NCBI GenBank assembly: GCA_016185705.1 | Contig: JACPMZ010000003.1 | Coordinates: 143,929 to 207,928 of the forward strand | Length of the DNA stretch: 64,000 nt | DNA from: Candidatus Woesearchaeota archaeon | GTDB taxonomy: Archaea; Nanobdellota; Nanobdellia; Woesearchaeales; UBA10216 | Direction of reading: 5' to 3' | In this document: one piece after another, positions 58,238 through 64,000 of the stretch | Layout of the letters: each line of letters begins with the position of its first letter | How positions within the stretch are numbered: position 1 is the first letter of the stretch | Translations under genes and position numbers: made by a program | Notes under the pieces: generated by a model | What the model saw: the letters and a program-made list of their open reading frames with translations, nothing else | Database searches by the model: none | Told to the model about the DNA's origin: nothing

Positions 58238-58618
58238 ATGCTGACACTACAATTCATGCCGTACTCAGACATTCAGCACCTCACTCTGGATGAAAAAATA
58301 AAGAAAATTCTGAGCAGCGTCAGGGATGGCAAAATACTGGTAATGGAAGGCCGCCTTAAAAAAACAGAGGAAGCAGAGCTTATCAAGGCAACCATGGAGC
58401 AAATCAACGGCAAATTCAAAGGCATAGAAGTGACTGTGGTCTATCCTGACAGCAAAAACGCGACGTTTGGAAAAAAGCTGAAGAGCGCCCTGGCTGAGAT
58501 GCTTTTGGGAGACAGGCAGGGGCTGACAGTCATCGGGTCTGCAACACTGATCAAAGAAATCAGAAAGGACCCTGACAAAATCCAGCTTATGACTGAAGAG
58601 AGAAAGCGGAGAAGATAA
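58238..58618 (+). CDS. oapB: DUF2073 protein (OapB)
   Basis: EEAELIKATM..FKGIE..GLTVIGSA. Confidence 0.85.
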   Translation: MLTLQFMPYSDIQHLTLDEKIKKILSSVRDGKILVMEGRLKKTEEAELIKATMEQINGKFKGIEVTVVYPDSKNATFGKKLKSALAEMLLGDRQGLTVIGSATLIKEIRKDPDKIQLMTEERKRRR

Positions 58619-58619
58619 T

Positions 58620-58991
58620 ATGCCCCACCAATGCGTAAGGTGCAACACGTTCCACGAGGACGGGTCGGAAGACATACTCAAGGGCTGCCCGTGCGGCGGA
58701 AAGCTGTTTTTCTACATAAAGCCCGAGAGAATGCAGAAAGCAAAAAACATTGTAGTCAACTTAAGCGAGCACGAAAAGCAGCAGATAGAGGAAGACGTCT
58801 ATGACGTTGTCGGCATTGAAAAACAGGATGAGCCGGTGGTTCTCGATATTGAGTCCGTACGCGTCCAGGAGCCCGGCAAATACGAGCTTGACTTAGTAAG
58901 CATGTTCAAAGGCGAGCCGCTGGTGTACAAGGTGGGGGAAGGAAAATACATAATAGACATCATCCGGAGCTTTGGCGAGCTGAAGAAGTAG
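58620..58991 (+). CDS. oapC: Zn-ribbon DUF2072 protein (OapC)
   Basis: MPHQCVRC..LKGCPCG..ESVRVQEPGKYELD. Confidence 0.88.
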   Translation: MPHQCVRCNTFHEDGSEDILKGCPCGGKLFFYIKPERMQKAKNIVVNLSEHEKQQIEEDVYDVVGIEKQDEPVVLDIESVRVQEPGKYELDLVSMFKGEPLVYKVGEGKYIIDIIRSFGELKK

Positions 58992-59481
58992 CAGTGTATG
59001 CTGCCCTCAGCGCCCTCTCAAATTTTTTCTTCTCCCTGATTGCATCGCGCATGATTAGCTGAAATATGATTCCGTAACCATTCCGGAGCGCATAGGTGCT
59101 GAGAGCTGCAAACATAAAGGAGCCGGCCACATGCCAGCCGTCAGGCACATCGGCTGAGGTGCTGACTGCGACAAACCCTGTCCACAAAGCGGATACAGCT
59201 GCTGAAGGAATTGCATACGGCATCATCCTGGCAGTCAAACTCACGCTCTTCAACCCGGCACTGTAACTTTCCACGAAGCCGGGGGCAAGCTCAATCGCCT
59301 TATCCCTGACAGCAGCAACCCTGCCCATATATTCTTTTCCTGCCTGCATTACCAATCTGTTAAACTCATGCCTAATTATGTCCTCAATGCGGCGATCACC
59401 AGCCGAAACCAACTGCTCAGCCAACCCGTTGATGGAACTATAAACTGCAGATTCATTCTTATACTCAAGCCCTTCGCTCAT
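58960..59481 (-). CDS. hypothetical two-TM membrane protein
   Basis: Coupled to the ychF stop; 3' end overlaps the oapC end. Confidence 0.6.
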   Translation of the reverse strand: MSEGLEYKNESAVYSSINGLAEQLVSAGDRRIEDIIRHEFNRLVMQAGKEYMGRVAAVRDKAIELAPGFVESYSAGLKSVSLTARMMPYAIPSAAVSALWTGFVAVSTSADVPDGWHVAGSFMFAALSTYALRNGYGIIFQLIMRDAIREKKKFERALRAAYTATSSARQSSG

Positions 59482-60671
59482 TTTCTCGTCACAATCTCAA
59501 TAACATCCCTGTTGCCCAGCACGTGCTCCTTGCCAACTGCTTTCCTTGTTTTGACGTCTATGGCCTTGATGAACCCTTCCCCAATATCCGTGTGAAGCTG
59601 GAAGGCAAAGTCCAGCGCTGTTGAATCCGGAGGAAGAAGCATGCAGTCAGGCAGCACATTGCCGTGCTGGTCTGCTAATTTGTTTACACCACCCGGGAAA
59701 ACAGCTATATATTTCAGCAAATCAAATACTGCCTTGTTCAGGCAGTCCTGAACGCCGGTGCTGCCAAACTTTGCAATTGTTGATTTGATTGAGGACAAAG
59801 CATTTTTTTGCTGCTGCGACAAACTGCCACTGCTAATTTCAAAATCGTCATCGCCGGGGATGTAGCTGATCAATTTTTCCTTTGCAGCTTCCCTCAAAGC
59901 AAGCTCTGACTCAGCGCTGCACGGAACAATAATGCCGTCCGGAAAGTCCTGCTGCATTTTTCTGATATTTTCCCCGGCAGTCTCAATGTCAGCTTTGTTG
60001 GCAGCTATCAGAATCGGCTTAGTGGCCTTGCGCAGCTCAACAGCAAAATCCTTCAGATTCCCTTCAGACCACTTCAGGGGGTTGTCTGCATCCAGCCTGA
60101 GGGCGGAAATAATGCCATTAACAATTTCAGGCGTTGCATTAAGCCCGGAGAACTGCCTGGCTATCGCGTCATGCACCTTATGATGCTCCATGTACGTCTG
60201 CTTGGCGAATTTCTCCCACGGCTTCCTCAATATGCCTTCATACCACAAATTAAGCTCCTCTTCGAGAAACCTTACGTCATCAGAAGGGTTGCGGCTGCCG
60301 GGCTCAACAGGATTTCCCTGCTCATTTGTGCTGCCAGAGGCGTCAACAACGTGGATAAGAACGTCTGCCTGCCTTAAGTCATCAAGAAACTGATTGCCGC
60401 GGCCAAGCCCTTTATGCGCTCCAGGTATCAAGCCGGCGACGTCAACAATCTTCACAGGCACAAAGCGCGTATGATTCTCGCAAAAGCCAGTTCTCGGATT
60501 GCAGTTTACATTAAACTCCCTATCAACGCAATCCACCTTCACAAAGCCCATGCCGGTATTGGGCTCTATGGTAGTGAAAGGGTAACTGGCAATCTCAGCA
60601 GGAGCAAGCGTGGCTGCACGAAAAAAGGTTGACTTGCCTGCTGACGGCTTCCCGACTAATCCTACGAACAT
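59478..60671 (-). CDS. ychF: YchF/Obg family ATPase/GTPase with TGS domain
   Basis: GKPSAGKST, YPFTTIEPN, DVAGL, GLGRGNQFLDDLR. Confidence 0.94.
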   Translation of the reverse strand: MFVGLVGKPSAGKSTFFRAATLAPAEIASYPFTTIEPNTGMGFVKVDCVDREFNVNCNPRTGFCENHTRFVPVKIVDVAGLIPGAHKGLGRGNQFLDDLRQADVLIHVVDASGSTNEQGNPVEPGSRNPSDDVRFLEEELNLWYEGILRKPWEKFAKQTYMEHHKVHDAIARQFSGLNATPEIVNGIISALRLDADNPLKWSEGNLKDFAVELRKATKPILIAANKADIETAGENIRKMQQDFPDGIIVPCSAESELALREAAKEKLISYIPGDDDFEISSGSLSQQQKNALSSIKSTIAKFGSTGVQDCLNKAVFDLLKYIAVFPGGVNKLADQHGNVLPDCMLLPPDSTALDFAFQLHTDIGEGFIKAIDVKTRKAVGKEHVLGNRDVIEIVTRK

Positions 60672-60710
60672 GCATTATGGCGATTGCCAAGCATATTAAT
60701 AGTTTATTGT

Positions 60711-60801
60711 AATAGCAAATTGCAAAGGTATTTGAACGTTTTACCTGCAATTTGCTATTTAGCAAATCTCGCAAAAGTTCAAAAATTACCGAGATTTGCT
60801 A
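60711..60801. repeat. two tandem TAGCAAAT-armed palindromes
   Basis: 14-bp arms 60711-60724/60746-60759; 12-bp arms 60760-60771/60790-60801. Confidence 0.82.
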
Positions 60802-60868
60802 TAAGTTCTGGAAAAGCGTTCAATCTGCCGAGTACTGTTTTGACATTGCTTCTCAGCTAAGTTTCTCT

Positions 60869-60918
60869 GCGCCTGATTTCGCCTTGGCTTAACTTCGTGG
60901 GAGGGGGAAATCAGGCGC
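60869..60918. repeat. degenerate GGGAGGGG intergenic hairpin
   Basis: GCGCCTGATTTC...GAAATCAGGCGC arms. Confidence 0.65.
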
Positions 60919-61002
60919 GTGAGCAGGGCAGGATTGGCTGCCATTGGAAAATTTACTTTACACCACCAAAACGTTTAAATACACTCAGCGTATATAAAAC
61001 GT

Positions 61003-61596
61003 ATGCCTGAAGTCATAAAGATACCCACGTTGGGTGTTGTGTATAAGGAAAAGTTTGTAATGCAGCCATTGTACAGAGTAGTCAGGCAGTGGCTCATGGA
61101 AAATGATTACACAGACGTGCAGGGCGATGATTCCATGGAAAGCGCAATGGAAATCCTCTACCATTACAGAAAAGGCACTTCCCAAAGCCCGAATGAGAAG
61201 GAGCTGAGGATTTGGTGGAGAACAGTGCAAATGCCGATATCCAGAGGCAGGATGGGCAGCAAATTCTACAAATTCCACATAGACATAGACTGGAACGTGA
61301 TACAGATGTACGACATAGAAATAATGCGGGAGGGCAAAAAGGAAAAGGTGCAGCAGGGCGAGCTGCGCATAGACATAAAGCCGTACATAGAAACGCCTGA
61401 CACCAGCAAAACGCCGCTGCTCAAGTTCTTTGACAGGTGGATGCGCACACGGCTCATAAAGAAAAACCTTGAGGAGAACAGAAAGATGCTTTACCAGGAC
61501 GCTTACAGATTGCAGGGCATGATAAAGAAATACCTGGAATTAAAGACGTTCATACCTGAAGTAGAGGTCTTCCACGAAAAGTTCGAGTTTGTTTAA
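61003..61596 (+). CDS. conserved hypothetical protein
   Basis: Clean ORF, host-like codon usage, TTTAAATA at 60974. Confidence 0.78.
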   Translation: MPEVIKIPTLGVVYKEKFVMQPLYRVVRQWLMENDYTDVQGDDSMESAMEILYHYRKGTSQSPNEKELRIWWRTVQMPISRGRMGSKFYKFHIDIDWNVIQMYDIEIMREGKKEKVQQGELRIDIKPYIETPDTSKTPLLKFFDRWMRTRLIKKNLEENRKMLYQDAYRLQGMIKKYLELKTFIPEVEVFHEKFEFV

Positions 61597-61667
61597 TGCC
61601 TGCTGATATCTTATTTTTGTTCGGCAACCGCAGGCAAAAACTGAATAGCTGGAGAGCGATGCAGCGG

Positions 61668-62660
61668 TTACTTCTTGCGCAAGACATCCAAAATGCTCAG
61701 CCCTTCGTGAGATACAAGGATGAGCCCTACAAGCGTTGTAAGCAAATCCTTAAACCTTATTAACAGCGAGAGCGCAATGCCAATGCTTGCAGCAGATACA
61801 ATGCTGAACACTGAGAAGTGGCCAGCTTCCTGAATGCCGAAAGCTGCAGGAACTGGAATAAACCCTGCAATGGACGTTGCTATTATGCTGAGCAGTATGA
61901 TCGTTACAGAGGCGTCGAATCCAATGCTCAGCAGGGCAAACTTGTACTGAATAAAGGTAACCGGCCAGCTGAGCGCTGACACAAACACTGCCTGAACAAC
62001 TCCTTTCCTGCGCAGATTAAGAAAATCAACCATGGTGTCCTCAACAACAGCAACTGTGCGGATGAGCCTCTGCAGATACCCTTTTGGGATAACTGAGTTC
62101 AGAAGCCGCAGTGCAGATGAAAACGGGCCTCTGTGCTTGATCAAAGCAAAATAAAATACTGAGATCAGGAAAATAGCGGTAATGGCAATATAAAGCGCCA
62201 GGCCTGCAAGCTGCGAAGGGACTGTAAAGAACAGGAGCATGCCAATCAGAACAACTGAAATGAACAGGGCGTCAATGGTCATGCCCAGCGAAGATTCGAT
62301 TAGAACAGAAGAGAAAGCGTGCTCGCCCCGCAGATTGAGCTTGTTCTTCAGGAGCAGTCCGCGGACAGGCTCACCGCCAACCCTTGCAGCAGGGGTCAGA
62401 TAACTGATGGCTGAGCCAATCAGCTTATATCTTAACAGCAGCAGAAAGGGAGATTTAAAGCCCTGATACTTAAGGACAGTCGCCCATCGCCACGTGGCGA
62501 TAAGATGCAAAACAGCAGTGGCAGCAATAAAAAGCGAAAGATACAAAGGAGAGAACTTTTTGAAAGGCTCAACGATGTTGTTAAACCCTACGAAGAGCAG
62601 CACTACAACAAACAATCCTGCACCCACCAATACAGATGCTGCGAACATCAACTTTTTCAT
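61668..62660 (-). CDS. flippase-like (lysylphosphatidylglycerol synthase TM / UPF0104) membrane protein
   Basis: WRW, TPAARVGGEP, PAAFGIQEA. Confidence 0.88.
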   Translation of the reverse strand: MKKLMFAASVLVGAGLFVVVLLFVGFNNIVEPFKKFSPLYLSLFIAATAVLHLIATWRWATVLKYQGFKSPFLLLLRYKLIGSAISYLTPAARVGGEPVRGLLLKNKLNLRGEHAFSSVLIESSLGMTIDALFISVVLIGMLLFFTVPSQLAGLALYIAITAIFLISVFYFALIKHRGPFSSALRLLNSVIPKGYLQRLIRTVAVVEDTMVDFLNLRRKGVVQAVFVSALSWPVTFIQYKFALLSIGFDASVTIILLSIIATSIAGFIPVPAAFGIQEAGHFSVFSIVSAASIGIALSLLIRFKDLLTTLVGLILVSHEGLSILDVLRKK

Positions 62661-62668
62661 TTTGAAAG

Positions 62669-62756
62669 CGAGCCTGCAGGGACTTCCGTTTGCAATTCGA
62701 ACCCTGGGTCTAGAGGTTAGGAACCTCTCGCTCTGTCCAAGCTGAGCTACAGGCTC
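62669..62756 (-). tRNA. tRNA-Arg(CCT) with 13-nt T-loop intron (62683-62695)
   Basis: GAGCCTG/CAGGCTC acceptor; AGAGG-TT CCT AA-CCTCT; TTCGAA[TTGCAAACGGAAG]TCCC. Confidence 0.9.
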
Positions 62757-62830
62757 ACGGGTGCAAGATTATTGGGAGGTATTTAAAAAGTTTCGCAACA
62801 TATTTAAGCAAATGCCAGATAACCAGGTCA

Positions 62831-63385
62831 ATGAAGGCAACAAAGCAGCAGGCATTTGACTGGCTGGGCAAGCAAAAAATAAAGGTGCTAACCGGAATAG
62901 TATTTGTTGCGTTGCTGTCGATGCTTCTTGGAGCATCTGTTAACACAGTGGCAGCAGCTTTGCTTCTGATAACAGTTGCGGCGTTCTCAACCTTTTACTT
63001 CAATTATTTCACTGCTCCAGTAAATTTTGAGCTGGTGAAGATGTCAACCATACTGATGGCTTACACGCACGGAATCGTTGCCGGGCTAATCGTTGGCGTA
63101 CTGTCCACTATCATCGGCAAAGTTCTGATTGGAAGAATTGACGAAAAACTGCCGATATCCGTAGCTGCAATATCGCTGGTTGCAGTAGCTGCCGCTCTAA
63201 TGCCTGCAGCGGGCATTGCAACGCTTGGAATAATATTGGTGGCAGCGTATAATGTTTCCATGTTCGCAATAAGTCTTGCGACGGGCGGAGACATCGGATG
63301 GAACCTGCCTTACGAAGGAACAAATTTTGTGATAAATGCCGTGCTGTTCAGCAGGGTTGCGCCGCTGATAGCGCCGCTGCTTTAG
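62831..63385 (+). CDS. multi-pass membrane protein (ECF S-component-like)
   Basis: About 6 TMs, GIVAGLIVG motif. Confidence 0.65.
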   Translation: MKATKQQAFDWLGKQKIKVLTGIVFVALLSMLLGASVNTVAAALLLITVAAFSTFYFNYFTAPVNFELVKMSTILMAYTHGIVAGLIVGVLSTIIGKVLIGRIDEKLPISVAAISLVAVAAALMPAAGIATLGIILVAAYNVSMFAISLATGGDIGWNLPYEGTNFVINAVLFSRVAPLIAPLL

Positions 63386-63437
63386 GTTAATCAAGAATTG
63401 CACCCGCTTTGTCGTTTCCCCGCTTCCCAGCGGCGCT

Positions 63438-63893
63438 TTAACCAAAGTAGCCGAGCTTTTCTGTGCTTTCGCTGTCAGACTCCCAGGAATCCTTCACCTT
63501 GTCAATAATGTCAGCGAGCCTTTTCTTCAATCCGCTCCATTCTTCCAGAAAGCTCGTTATGAACTCTGCGTTTACAGCGTTATCATTCGTTATTTCAACC
63601 TGCAGAGACTGCCGCTTCCAGTACATCAGGCGCCTGAAAACATCAAAAACCTCCTTCTTCTGGATGTCATCAAAAACCCTGCTCTCATACATGTTGCTCA
63701 GGTTGGTGTCAGGGCTGAGAATCTCTGACAGGAAATCGAGAAAATTCTGGACTTTATCCAGCATGCCGCGCCTTATATCGGCGAGAAGGAACTCCTCCTC
63801 AAGCTCGCTCAGCTGAAATTCTGCGAGTTCCTCAAATTTGGGCAGCTTAAACTGCTTCCTGAGAACATCATAAGACTTCTTAACGTCGCCCAT
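63438..63893 (-). CDS. conserved hypothetical protein
   Basis: Clean helical ORF ending GYFG, TATA at ~63916. Confidence 0.75.
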   Translation of the reverse strand: MGDVKKSYDVLRKQFKLPKFEELAEFQLSELEEEFLLADIRRGMLDKVQNFLDFLSEILSPDTNLSNMYESRVFDDIQKKEVFDVFRRLMYWKRQSLQVEITNDNAVNAEFITSFLEEWSGLKKRLADIIDKVKDSWESDSESTEKLGYFG

Positions 63894-63940
63894 GCGGTGT
63901 GGCGTTAAGCGCAGATATAAAAAAGTTTCTTTAATCTGGC

Positions 63941-63972
63941 TGAGGACAATCGTTTCGCATATTCATCTTTCC
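63941..63972 (-). repeat. inverted copy of the TGAGGA/TCCTCA-type palindromic unit
   Basis: Reverse complement GGAAAGATGAATATGCGAAACGATTGTCCTCA versus 3891-3921. Confidence 0.75.
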
Positions 63973-64000
63973 GTAAATAAGCCTCCGGCGAGATTTGCAC

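Overview
64-kb archaeal chromosomal segment, most likely from a DPANN (Woesearchaeota-like) organism. This is an inference from the gene set (GatDE, TopoVI, Cdc6, Cdc48, TFE, Spt5, Elp3, oapABC), intron-rich tRNAs and mostly leaderless TATA promoters. Most of the window is housekeeping genes, with two inteins (Cdc48 mini-intein, TopoVI-B LAGLIDADG intein) and five tRNA genes, three of which have T-loop (59/60) introns. No CRISPR array, integrase, transposase or reverse transcriptase is visible. Three unexpected signals stand out. (1) Three unrelated, integrase-free toxin-antitoxin-like cassettes (0.5-1.2 kb) are each bracketed by a 37-76 bp direct repeat made from the 3' end of the upstream host gene. 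(2) Several non-autonomous repeats occur: a 143-bp MITE with a 9-bp TSD in 5 copies and a CAG-ended MITE in 4 copies, and both share a C-rich/G-rich hairpin that also occurs on its own. (3) A set of ~33-49 bp palindromic units is shuffled into tandem mosaic arrays. All alignments and coordinates were read by eye; protein families are assigned from motifs, not database searches.
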